DNA of 64,000 bases from Antedon mediterranea (Eukaryota > Animalia > Echinodermata), in the NCBI RefSeq assembly GCF_964355755.1, contig NC_092673.1:19403648-19467647 (forward strand). The letters run 5' to 3'. Position numbers and translations under genes: made by a program. A model generated the notes under the pieces. The model did not search any database and was not told the DNA's origin. It saw only the letters and a list, made by a program, of their open reading frames with translations. Positions 38,670 to 52,500 of the stretch are shown here, in pieces (positions within the stretch are counted from its first letter, which is position 1; each line of letters opens with the position of its first letter).

Positions 38670-39309
38670 TATATTCCATCAGTCCTAATACGAATACTGA
38701 GATAGCTAAACTAAATGCTGTTAAAGTCTATTGACTAGAAGTCTGTTTGACTGTTTTGAACAACTGAAGTAAAGCTTTATATTAGCCTTGGGCTCAGCTA
38801 TATTTGTAAGTCTTGAATTTCTTTATGTATTTTGATTGTGTGTTACCACCATCTTATACTTTGATAATTATTTTATATTATTAATTAATCTTTATCTTTA
38901 TAATCATTTTAATTGATTTTGTTATCTTTTGCTTTTCTGTTTGAAGAATAAAACGTAGATTAGATTATATAACTTATCCTTTGTATTGCCTATCTTCTGT
39001 TTGTGCCTTGTATGTAACAAATGGATATCTTTTTTCTATAATTAACCATTATCAGTAGGTCTATAAATAATATTATAAATACTATTATCACAACATAAAA
39101 TGCCATAGTAGACTCTACTAAACAACCAGAGCCTCCAAATTAGCCTTAATATAAATTGTGTTTTATACCTAAACAATTCCTGGTAATCAAAATACACATT
39201 TTTACCCCAAAGCACAACATATTTAATGAATTTGCACTTTTTTTATAAAGCTAACATTATATTATTATTGATAATTTGTGTATGTTATCCTATTTCTTAT
39301 AGAATTACT

Positions 39310-39665
39310 TTACATTTACCTACTCTATGTGCAAGGTGTCCTTTAAATATAAAGAGTTACAACATTGAATGATTACATTTACCTACTCAACATGCAAGGT
39401 GTCCTTTAAATATAAAGAGTTACAACATTGAATGATTACATTTACCTACTCAACGTGCAAGGCATCCTTTAAATATAAAGAGTTACAACATTGAATTATT
39501 ACATTTACCTACTTAACGTGCAAGGTGTCCTTTAAATATAAAGAGTTACAACATTGAATGATTACATTTACCTACTCAACGTGCAAGGTGTCCTTTAAAT
39601 ATAAACAGTTACATCATTGAATGATTACATTTACCTACTCAATGTGCAAGGCGTCCTTTAAATAT
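39310..39665. repeat. 63-bp tandem repeat, about 5.5 copies
   Basis: TTACATTTACCTACTCAACGTGCAAGGTGTCCTTTAAATATAAAGAGTTACAACATTGAATGA is repeated. Confidence 0.92.
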
Positions 39666-40592
39666 AATTACAGAGAATTACACCAGTAGCGAGCTAGTAA
39701 CAATGTGAAACTTTGGTTTAGTTGTTTATTTCCAAATGGGGAAGGTCAGATTTTTGTCGGAGGGAAAAGTTATTCATATTTTAAGTCTAGTAATTTCAAT
39801 TTCAGTAATACATATGCTAGCTACTAAGTGTATCCTTACCATTTGGTAGGCCAAAATCCTTTCATATGGGGATCGTCGATTTGTCCATAATGATTGTGTT
39901 TTGCTGTCCGGATGTTTTCTATTTTAAGGCCAAAAAATCATAATTTTGCGTATAGTTTTTTATTTCCTTGTAGTACTCTGGTTATCTTCATGTCCGTACG
40001 TCCAAAATATTAGGCAGAATTTCCTTAGTAATTATCACGGAGTAAAACTATTATTATTTTCTTTTTTTTATTTTTGAGTGTGAGAAATTGAATGTATTAC
40101 CAACCGGAGGTTTCATCGGGGACTTCCCCTGATTTGCATACGCAACAAATTTATTATTTACTATTATCCAAATTTCAATAATCAATGACATGGCAGTTAA
40201 TATTTTCTGATCATCTTATAGGCAAGTAGAGTGTTTATGACTTTTGAGTTGAGGGTGAGGGTGGTGTGGAATAAAAAATTGAGATTTTTTAAACTTCCTA
40301 CATTGTGAACTATATGCTGGTGTAAACATTTTATGGAATAATGATTTTGCTTTTTATAAATAGTCTGGTATGTCAATCAACCAAAATTCGGATCTAAACC
40401 TTTTCTTTCAAGTGGTATGTCTGAATTAAATGTCCACTGCTCACAATAGAAGTGGAAAATAACCTTAGTAATTACTATTTTGACAAATAATTCGCTGTTC
40501 ATATTTGTTTTATAATTTGGTTGTTAAATAAATACATAGAAATTAATTTAATGCAATTTATTCTTTACAGATAACAGCGTCAATCAAGTGAA

Positions 40593-43500
40593 ATGGCAGA
40601 TTCACAAGGTAAAATTCAAATCCAAATCCATCTTCCATTCATAAAATTAATGATATAGAAGTCTATTATTAATATAATGGCGGGTTATAGTCTCAGTACT
40701 GAAGAGGTTACCCAGTATAAAGATGAAATAAATATACAAAATAGTTGACGATTTGTTTGTACAGTTTAAGTATATTTATATACCTGTATCAATAGAAATG
40801 TATTACAGTATATTGTTTCAAATGTATTTGATGATAATTGATAAATGTAAATGATTTTGTAAATTGAATTAAAAGAAATTGACTATCATTATCAAAGAAA
40901 AAGCCATCTATATATTAATGCTCCTAAATTATTCACATAATTTTACGTATCTCCTCCAAAACGTGCTCACATTCGGCACACAATATTTTTTGATGGGCTG
41001 CACATGACAGGCTATATCACTTTCCTGAGGATAAACACTAACAAAAGGCAAAACACAACAGTAATTTGGCGTCTCAACGGACATGTTTCGCAAGTTGTTA
41101 CGTCACGTATCAATTACGCAACCTCCCGTTGTGTACCGCAATGGCCAGATCTACAAATGCCATCCCGAGTTGCCAAATTAAAACGGTGTTTAGTCTCGGC
41201 AGCTGGCCTACTGTATCAACTGATCGCGTCGTTGTATTGCATAAATCACGGATAGCTCAGTGAGTAAAACGCCGTGGCCATTGATATCAATATTACTACG
41301 TTTGAGTTTGAATCCGCGAAATGTGTAAATAATAAGTATCACCTCTTAAAGCAAAAAAATAAAAACTAGACCACAATTTAATTAATTAATTACAAAAGTA
41401 GGAAAAAAGATAACAAAGCTCTAACAAAAAAATTGCAAAATATCAAAAACTATTCAAATAAAACAAAATGTAAATGAATAAAACAAACACACACAAACTA
41501 AACAATCCCAATGGTTTGATAACCACAATTACGGAAAACAATTAACAATGTGTTTAGGTCGTGTTTCCGCAGCAATTTATTTTTCTTTCGATTTACGCCC
41601 ACTTTTTTATTCTATGTGACTTATTGCATACACATAACTATTTCTGAGCATAATTAAAAACAAAGAAAAAATTATAATAAATAAAATAATAATAAAAAAA
41701 CAAAATAAATAATTTAAAATACTTTAATTCTGAGTTTTAAATTGCTCAAGATACTTTTGTTTTTCTAAATTTCTGAGTCTAAGTTTAAAATCATTAATAA
41801 ACTTATATTTTCAACAATGTTCATTTCTATTAGTTTTTCTTAGTTGAAACATGTAACCTTTAAAAGGAAATCTATTTTTATTGATTTCAATGATTTTTAA
41901 CAAATAACGAATAATAGAAATAAAGCAATCAATGTTTAAGGATAGTCTGCCTAATTCTGATCTGACAGCCACGCTGGGTGTGCTGTTTCCAATGCCTAAA
42001 ATAACTCTTGAAAAATGCTTGCTCAAGTTAGTGTTTACCAACCGACCGACATAGTGAGTTGTAGAGTGGCGTTGCACGTGACTAAAAATCTAATTTTCTT
42101 GTTAAATCCCATTTTTTGTTTCCACAATGAATGAATTTTCTTCGCATACTTTTAAGCCAGCTTAAGAATACTATTTCTCTGTATGTAAAATTAAGCATCA
42201 TACATAATGTATTTTACCTTGGCTCCTACAATTGTATAAATATCTTATGACTTCCCATGCAAATAGGCACAAAATAATAAGTAATATTTGAGCATAAACG
42301 CTTAAATAATTGTAAAAGTTGTTATGAATTAATGAGCTATAAGTAGAGTACTTATACACACAGAATAATAGAATATTGCATTCATATTTTGTTTCTTTTT
42401 CTTCCCAACTTTTTTCTGGGAGCCTAGGCTTAAAGTTTTGTACTTATAAAGTTTCCTTCCACACATACTATGTTTTATTAATTATTATCTTACATGTTTA
42501 TATAATTATTATTTTATGTATTTTTAATAGTGTGGAGAATATTTATTCAATATCTATTGCATTTAATGAATTGAATTGAATTGCAAATATTTATCCTTGG
42601 CTTGGTGTAGGCCTACTAAAAAGGTTGAGAATACAGAACAAAAACTGATAGTAATGTATGACAATGTTTAACAAACTTGTATATGCTAAGGAACTTTCTT
42701 ATCCAATACATACAAGATTAAACCATTTAGGTAAGAGTTAAAAATCTATTTCAAAGACCCATTCCCTACAATTTTCGACGTTTTGTAAAAATAATGCATA
42801 TATATTACTTTAAAACATTAAACCAGGTTATTCCTTGTCTTATATGTACGTTTTATGGTAATTTATGATAAAATGAGAGAAACAATGCACTACCTAAGTA
42901 GCTCGCAGTTTATTTATTATTATAAAATTTATTAAAATCATTAATAAACTTATTTGTTTTCAACTTTCTGATTGTACCAGACGTAGCCATAGCCAGTGGA
43001 ACAAAACAAATCGTTCACTTGTTTAGCCCAACAATGTTCATTTCTATTAGTTTTTCTTAGTTGAAACATGTAACATTTAAAAGGAAATCTATTTTTATGC
43101 ATTTCAATGATTTGTAACCAATAATGAATAATAGAAATAAAGCAATCAATGTTTTAAGGATAGTCTGCCTAATTCTGATCTGACAGCCATGCTGGGTGTG
43201 CTGTTTCCAATGCCTAAAATAAATCTTGAAAAACGTGTCTGTAAATGATCAATTGGTGATAAATTCGAAAAGCCCCATGTCTCACTCCCGTAAATTAAAA
43301 TTGGTAAAACTTTGTCAAAAATGTGTTTCCATATATTCTCTGGTAGGTATTTTGTTTTGCTATTAATATTATTGATTGTAAATAGTATGTACGTTATTTG
43401 CTTTTTGACAATTGTGTTCAATTTGTGTTCAATTGTGTTATTCCACTGACCATTTGAATTGAAAACCACTTCCAAGTAAGTATACGATTTAACAACTTCC

Positions 43501-46500
43501 ATTTTAATGTTTATGTATATAAATACCATTTTTCATATTTTCTTAATTTTTTACCATTTTTAAATACCATTATTTTTTATTTGTTTACATTTACACTAAG
43601 ACCCCATGTGTCACAAAATATTTCCAATATAATTATTAAATTTTGTAAGCCTGTGTCTGCGAATAGTAATAAATCATCAGCATATAGCAGATGGGTTATA
43701 AAGCAATCCCAGAATGGTATTTTTTGTTATTTTGATTTAGCTAGTAATTCATAAATATATTAAATAGAGATGATGGCAGGGGTGACCCTTGTTGTATTCC
43801 AATTGAACATTCAAATAGGAGCGTTAATGAGTTTCCTATTTTTACATGCGCTAATAATTGGAAACTAAATAATAATATATATGACGTCATATATATTATT
43901 ATTTACGCCTATTCTTCTTAATTTTAATAATAGAAAATTATGATTTATAACGTTTGAGATCAACGAAGCAACAAAATATTCTACCCCTTTTTTTACGTAG
44001 ATATTTTTGAATTATGCTGTTAAGAATGAAAATATTATCTAATGTGCGGAATCCCTTGCGAAAACCTGATTGTTCTTGTTAAATAATGTTATTGTTTTCA
44101 GTATGGTTAGTTATTGTAGTGTTAAGGATGTTTACAAATATTTTGCCAAGAATTGGAATTACAGAAATGCCCCTATATTAAATACTAGGCTAGACTTACC
44201 AAATATTTATTTTGTTTTCAAATTTAGCGCCAGCTGAACCGCTGCTTCAATAGGCTAAAATAGTCCTTGGCTGTACTGCTAATAACTAATTGTACTGTAT
44301 ATTCATTACATTGGTGGTGGGCGGGGGGCGGTGTTCTTCTAAACACCAAGCCCTTCAAAGTATAACTAAGCTCTACCAAGTGTATAAAGTGTATATTTTA
44401 CAAAATATTTATATTATACAAACATTTAGAGTGTTAATTGCATTTTAAGCAATAAATACATTTAGAGTAATTATGACACATTGTACATTCTAGGCTGATG
44501 TTTAAATTTTTTATTTTTTTACAATTAATATTTACAAAAGTGTAGCGTACACACATATTGGGGAACTAACGACTGGGGACAGTGGGCACGTTTTCTGAGC
44601 GTGCTTTAGTAGGACCAGAAAAGCGCCCTTATTGTAAGCAAAATTGTTTGACATCAGCCTAAACCATGGTGGGGCTCGAGTTATATTTATTGTGTTTTGA
44701 CAAACAGGTATAAAAACAAAATTGGTTTGGTCATAAAACAGAATATAAATAAAAACATTCAAAAAGTTATTGAAAAAAAGCATATTGAAAACTTACGATA
44801 GATGTTTTTAATCGCATTTCCTACTGCCTAATTCTGAATCATACCAGTTATTCATTTCAGGATTACTTTATTTTCACTTTACCCATTGAAACCATGCTAA
44901 TCAACTGTATGTTGCTAGAATTTCAACGATTTAGATTCAGGGTCGCTGTCAAAAAATGTTGCATAACGTCTATATGTTTGGATGAGTTTGAGTTCCACAA
45001 TTTTTTTTAGGACATAATTTAAACTAGACATGAAACTCGTCACTTTGACGAGTTAGTTATCCGCACAAGGACAAACGCCACGTGCACGTCATACGTTGGA
45101 ATATTGCACACAGATAAAGATTATGGCATTATGACAAGAACTGAAGAATATGATATGCTGTTAGTGCTGAATTCTGTCAATTTTGTGTCATATAGTATAT
45201 ACATGCAAACAGTATAATCTGTATACATATTACATACAGTGTAGAATAGGTGAAATTACGGGACCCGCCATTTATTCCAATTTTTAACATGGCGACGGTA
45301 TCAAAATGAAACACTTAATTAACAATTTCAGAAGGAAATTATCTCAGGAACAACATATTAACGTGTAGAAGAAATTTGAAAACGTAAAATATAGATGCGC
45401 ACCCTTTTAAATGTGATGAACTATTACGCAAAATATGAAAATACGACTTTTTTTATTCAACTGGCAATATGATGACGTCACAACATCCGATTGGCAAAAT
45501 GTTTACATGAATTCGTATCTACAATCCTATAGCTTCCAGAAAACGTTTTAATCGTGATTATCACATTTTATTCTTACGAGCTATTACAGATTAAAATTTA
45601 CTGTAAATATGAAATTAATGACCCACGTAATTAAAATTTTTAGGCATGATGACGTTATAAAAATTAAAATATTTTTATCTCATGCTAAAGAAAGTTGATT
45701 GACCTAGACAATATATAAATATAGGAGAAAAAGGAATACAGATAAGCGTGATGCGCTCCATTGAATGTGATGAGCAATAACGAAACAGACAAAAATCCTA
45801 TATTTTACATTCGTGTGGCCATACGATTACGTCACAATGTTTTTTTAGCCTTATCGATGCATGATCCGATATCTGCAACTCATCAACTTCTAGATTTTGT
45901 AATAAAAATAAACGGTTCACGGTTTACTTTAGAAACTATGACTGTTTAAAAAAAGACATTATTTTGATGATTTTTTAAGCTTTTTCATAAAAAACGCGCA
46001 CAAATTGTCTAATTCAACGTGTTCGTATGGCGTTATTTAAACTGGAAAAGGTCTAAATTGTTTTCAAAATTACTAGGAAAGGCTTGAAAAATATAATTCA
46101 AGAGAAAAAAATATGTTTTTATCGCTACGTGCGCACCGCGTGCGTAAAAAAATGCGCGCCCGTGGGAATTTTTGACATGCTCAAAATGACATGAAACGCG
46201 TAAAAAGAAATTGAGTAGAAATTAATTTTGCGCATTTTGAAATTTTAAATGCGCGTGCGCGCGTAACTTCATGTGAAACATGCCATTTTTAATCCGTAGA
46301 AAGTTTGCCCCTGATATGACTTAAATTTTGTCAAAGTGTCAATACTAAATGACTTTTGGTTTTTAATCTATGATCAATCATTGAAATTCATAAAATTGCG
46401 CGTAAGTCACGTTGCGCAACTATGACGTCATTCAAAAATAGGAGGTGCACAACTTCACGTAAATGCCCATATGTTGTCAAAGTTATGAAATGTTATGTTT

Positions 46501-49500
46501 ACACATTTTAGAGAAACGCGACTCACAAAAAAGGAAGGAAGGAAAGAAGAATAATACAGAAAAAAAATGTTGATCTCATACAATAACAAGGAGTTATCCG
46601 CTTGGTATACCAAATAATGTGCAGAGTAATGTCATCAAACAACTAAATAGAGCCATTATGTTGTTAAATAAGGAAATTCAAATAGGTCCAGATATGTGTT
46701 TGTTGTACCGGTACAGCTAATCAACTAGCGAGTCAGTGTACTACACCGTACTATAGCTGCTGGTTTGGCGCGAAATGCAAATCACGGCGTGATCCGGAAT
46801 TCCTTAGTTCCGATTGCACAAATACATCAAAAAACATCTAAAATTCACGAAATTGGACCACAGATCAAACATAAATACCATCAAGAATGTTCACAAGTGA
46901 AATAATAACGACTGGAAACATCCAAAACACCAAAAAATGTTGCATAACGCCTATATGTTTGGATGAGTTTGAGTTCCACACATTTTTTAGGACATAATTA
47001 ATAACTGTAGAATTGTTAACTGTATACATTTTAGTTTAAAAAAATACATTATTATTATAGTATATTCAGAATGAATGATTGCTTGTACACAGTCACCCAC
47101 AAGTGTTTGTAAGGCTTTGTATCACACAGAGCCTTTATATATAACCTTATACCATTGAAACAAAAAAAAGACTTTTAATATAGTGTTTTTTATGAAAATA
47201 TATAATATGTAATATTTTTGTTTTGTGCATTTTTTTAGATTTACCAAGTACTACTGTTGAGCAATTTCAAACACAATTTCAGAAACAGACAAGTGACAAA
47301 CAGAAAACAAAACTTCTTAAGCCAGAGAGTGGTAAGTTTAAGAATAAGACCTGCTGTATGTTTTATGATTGTATCTATATATAATTTAACAGAATTGTGA
47401 TTAAAATGGGATTTCAGTAAAGAGAGAATTAGACGCTAGTGTTATTTAAAAAATCATTTCTGAGCGGTACTGTAAAAAGGCGAAAAAGTGTGCAACTGAT
47501 AACAAATAACAAATGGAGAGATTTTATTTATCATAAATAAAACAAACATTTGATTGTTTCCATTTAAAATACTGTAATAATGGAATGAAGCTAGTTTGCA
47601 GATTTATGTGGCATGCTTGCTTGATTTTTGCTTGATTGTTGATTTTTAGGTTATATGCATTATCATGCGATCACGCGATGTACGCGCGATTTAACGAAAT
47701 CACGTTTGTAATCATATCTTCACAAGCATGAATCACTTTTAAACAAAATTTTAAAAATACTATAGATCGTCAGAATGCTCGGGAACACGTATTTTTTATT
47801 TCATTTTCTTGAAGTGTACAGTATGTATAATATGTATGATTTGTTATGAAATTAAGAGAACAAAAGTTGATAAAGTCATCATTAATTGCATTTAAAATTT
47901 AAAAAAATTTATTTCGACAATCAAAAAATTATGACATTTTCTTAGGCCGAAATAACAAACTTTCTTCTTTCAAAATAAAAGTTCATATATTAAAGTTAAA
48001 ACTATATAGTTTGACAGTGCATCGTTTTTAAAGATGTCATCATAGTAAAACATTATAATTCATTGCGGTATGTAATAATCTATCTGCGCCAAAGTGGTTA
48101 CTGCATAGTAAATACATGGAGGAATCTTTCTACAACTTTTAGTCAGTTGTGTATAGCTCGGTGGTCTGTGCTCGTGTCTATGGCATTTAAGGTACCGAGA
48201 TCGAGTCTCACATTGGGAAAGGAAATAAGATTTTTTTTTATTATCCATATTGTTTGTTCAATTTTATTTTTTAGTGTATATACACATAATTTATAATGAA
48301 ATCTATAAAATGTAAGTAATGTCTTTATTATTATGTAACAATGTGGTTTATGACATTATACGCAGAGGGATCTTTGATCGAATTGTGATACCAGCTATTG
48401 TATTCCTGTTAGCAAGATCCTATATATAAATAATTAAAGATTCTGAGAAAATCAATCAATCAATATATCTTTAAAAATCAATTATCTTTATTTAAATCAA
48501 TGCATATAACCTATAATTCGTCATAGTGACGAATTAAATTCTAGTTTTTTTTAAACTTTATTTACTCCAGATGTTGAAAAAATCTATTAAAATCTTGATT
48601 CAATTTTCAGATATTGCTGCACGTGAATTAGATTTTCAGAAAGCATACAATGAAGCCTTGAAAGATGGATCCGTTCCAGTCAATCTTGGAATGCTTAAGG
48701 TGATTGGACAAGAAGGAGTTGGTAAAACATGCCTCATAAATGCATGTCTTGGAAAGATGTAAGTAGTTGGACAGTAAAATTGACATTACAAAATACATGT
48801 AGGTACTGCCTAATACAGTATGTATAATATGTATGATTTGTTATGAAATTAAGAGAACAAAAGTTGATAAAGTCATCATTAATTGCATTTAAAATTTAAA
48901 AAAATTTATTTCGACAATCAAAAAATTATGACATTTTCTTAGGCCGAAATAACAAACTTTCTTCTTTCAAAATAAAAGTTCATATATTAAAGTTAAAACT
49001 ATATAGTTTGACAGTGCATCGTTTTTAAAGATGTCATCATAGTAAAACATTATAATTCATTGCGGTATGTAATAATCTATCTGCGCCAAAGTGGTTACTG
49101 CATAGTAAATACATGGAGGAATCTTTCTACAACTTTTAGTCAGTTGTGTATAGCTCGGTGGTCTGTCGAATTAAATTCTAGTTTTTTTTAAACTTTATTT
49201 ACTCCAGATGTTGAAAAAATCTATTAAAATCTTGATTCAATTTTCAGATATTGCTGCACGTGAATTAGATTTTCAGAAAGCATACAATGAAGCCTTGAAA
49301 GATGGATCCGTTCCAGTCAATCTTGGAATGCTTAAGGTGATTGGACAAGAAGGAGTTGGTAAAACATGCCTCATAAATGCATGTCTTGGAAAGATGTAAG
49401 TAGTTGGACAGTAAAATTGACATTACAAAATACATGTAGGTACTGCCTAATACAGTATGTATAATATGTATGATTTGTTATGAAATTAAGAGAACAAAAG

Positions 49501-52500
49501 TATAACAATAATAGATAATAGAATTAAATTTTAACATTGTTTTGTAATTTTAAATGAAAGATCATTTTAATTGTTGACTAAATAACTGATTTAAAATGTG
49601 TATTTTATAAATAAAGACTATTGAAATAGTAACTACTGGTATCTATAATTAAAAAGAGAAAATTGAATTTTACAGCACTAAAAATTAATGACATTCATTG
49701 TTGGTTTCAAATTATTATATTATTATTATTATATGTATCTCAGATTTGAGGAAGAACATAAAGTTACAGATGGCATAGCAGTGATAAGGACTGTAAGCAC
49801 AACATGGAAAGAGGCTAAAGCTGATAGTGGTAAACATGAATACAAATTAGCATATTACTCTTCCCATCATCATAGTCAATGTAACAATATTTATCTTTGA
49901 TCTCATTATCATAGACACAAACAGGCCCACAATGAAACTGAGATGTAGAATGGAATTCAATAAATGCATACAACTGTAGTATGATGTCAACAGTCATATT
50001 TTCACATACATACAGCAATCGAAATTCCATTTCAGGTCCATTTTAACACACAAGCTATTGTTTGTTGATGTACTGTAATTGTAATTTTACATTAAATAAT
50101 CAATCAGTTAAAGTATTGTCATCTATTAATGTATCTGCTGAAATAATACATACAAATGTCTTTTTTCTCTACAGGTAATCCTTCAAAACAGTATACAAAA
50201 ATCGTCACTGACAAATTGAGAGAAAAGAAAACTCTAAACGTATGTCAATAATAGTGTAATGAAAACATATTAAATGAATAAAGTAGCACCTACAGGACTA
50301 TTGCAAATCATTCACTTAGGCTTTCTTTTTGATTCTTCAATCCTTTTAAAATTTACTCTTTTGAGAGTAAATAATATTAGTTTTCTCTTATATTTTTTAT
50401 ATCCATATATTGTTTTTGTTTTATGTGTCAGATTGACATGAAACCACCTGTAGATGATGATGATGATGGTATTGTTGTTGACTACAATAACCATGACAAC
50501 AATGATGGTATGTAACTTTCCCTTAAATTCTAATTATTCTTACATTTTTGTAGTAAAAGCATTAATAAATAAGTTGCAATCATCAGTTTGCAATTTCTGT
50601 CATATTAATATTGTCCCCAAAAACATTTTCTGTAGTAAAAAAAAAGAAACAATTAAGGTTTTCAATTATAAAATAACAAAATAAATTTTTAAATTCAACC
50701 AAATACCCATTGGCTGGCAGTCAATTTGACTATTTTTTGCTTAAAATTACAGTTTTTAAGTAAATACATTTTTTTACAATCCAATTTTTGGTCAAAGTGG
50801 ATAACTATTATGTGACATTAAAATGGCATTTAAAAAAAATTTTTATTTTTTCAGGGGGACAATACATCTTTAAGTTCATAGTTATTTAAAATTATAAGAT
50901 TATTAGTTAGATTTTCCAATTTAATGTAACTAAGTATAAAATTATGTTATCAGATTTATAACAATATGATGATGGTAATTTGGAGAAAACACGGCGGCGG
51001 CCATCCCACTCCTAGACATAGTCCACAGACGCTGTACATGCAGGCTTGATGGGCATGTTTCTTAGTTAGCAAAGTTAAACAAAGATGAACTAAAACACTT
51101 ATTAAAACCTTAAAAGGGGCTTACAAAGATGCTTATCTTTTTGTATGAATCTAGAAGAATCAAAGTGAATTCACAGTCTACACCTACTATATAATATACA
51201 TATACTAGCTTATACAAATGTGCAGATTAATAGTTTGTATATATTACTGTATCCTTTCACATCTACCGTCCCCTTTCGCTTACCGTCCCGATGCAAAAGC
51301 TCACTAATGATGATAATGAAGACAACTATACTCATAGTAATGACTTTTTAACTGACTGATTAACTATGATGATTATAGATGATTATAGGACTAAAACAAT
51401 GATGCTTGTTATGCCGTTTGTGGAATGACCAATAAATTTGTTCCCACTACAGGTGCTTATACAGTTACTGAAGCTATCCCATTTGATACAGAGCAGCAAT
51501 TAGATAAAGATGTTATCAAGAAAGTTGAGGAAAATAAGGAGGAGACTTTGGAAGAAACATTCAACATCTGGGACCATGGGGGACAATTAATCTACCATGG
51601 TCTACATCGGGTAAGTAGGTTTCTGTATAGAGAAACATAATTGTATGGCCAAGGTATAGTTTGATTTTTTCTTTTTTTTTTCCATTAAGTAATCGCAAAC
51701 ATCTTTCCATGGTACTGCATAGTAATATATATAACAATTTAATATTAAATTCTTGTCATTTGATTGGAGGATTGTGGGTCACATGATATTCAATAGATAT
51801 ATACTATTAAATTTTTAAGTCAGATTACACATTCTTATGTTACACAGTGAGCAACCGAAACATGGGAGGCAAGAATAGACTGCGTGTTAAAAAATCAATC
51901 TGTATTGTCATGTCTATAATTGTTGTACTTCTCGAATAGTTTAGGCCTTGGCCTAGCCTCTTGTTAAAAGTATAACACACCTACTTTTAACAAGAGGCTA
52001 GGCCATTGAAAAAGTAGCACTCTAATTTTAGACAGGGAGTAAAACAATTAGACACAGCGCACACTACAGGTTAATGAAATGTGATCAGTCAACAACAGCC
52101 TCTTCACTGTGTAAAATATGCGCAAAACAAAATTGCAGTATTCGCACACATATAACGTTGCACTCTTGATGACATCATTAGGAGAGCATTTATTTATATC
52201 ATGCGACCCATAATCCTCCAATCAAATAAAAGAATATACTTAGGTGTGTTATAATATACAAATAATGAATGTTTACGAGTGCACTGGGGCAAATAATTTC
52301 ATGTGATAAAAGTAGAACATTTCATCTATCACTAATACATTTTTTTTTCATTGCATGAATATAAAATATCCATGCCTAATGTTAAAATTGGGTGTCTAGA
52401 AAACTCAGATCTAGAAAATCAATATATTATATGAGTATTATTAAAACTGATTACTCTGTGTACATTTTCTTACTAATATTGTAACATGTAGTCAACATGT

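Noticed and set aside
48150-48220. tRNA gene (similar case at ~41250-41320)
   Set aside because: Only degenerate A/B boxes and no complete cloverleaf; likely tRNA-derived repeat heads.
50954-50974. Extra micro-exon in ROC unit 1
   Set aside because: It has AG/GT boundaries but gives an in-frame TAA in the required phase; at most a decayed exon.
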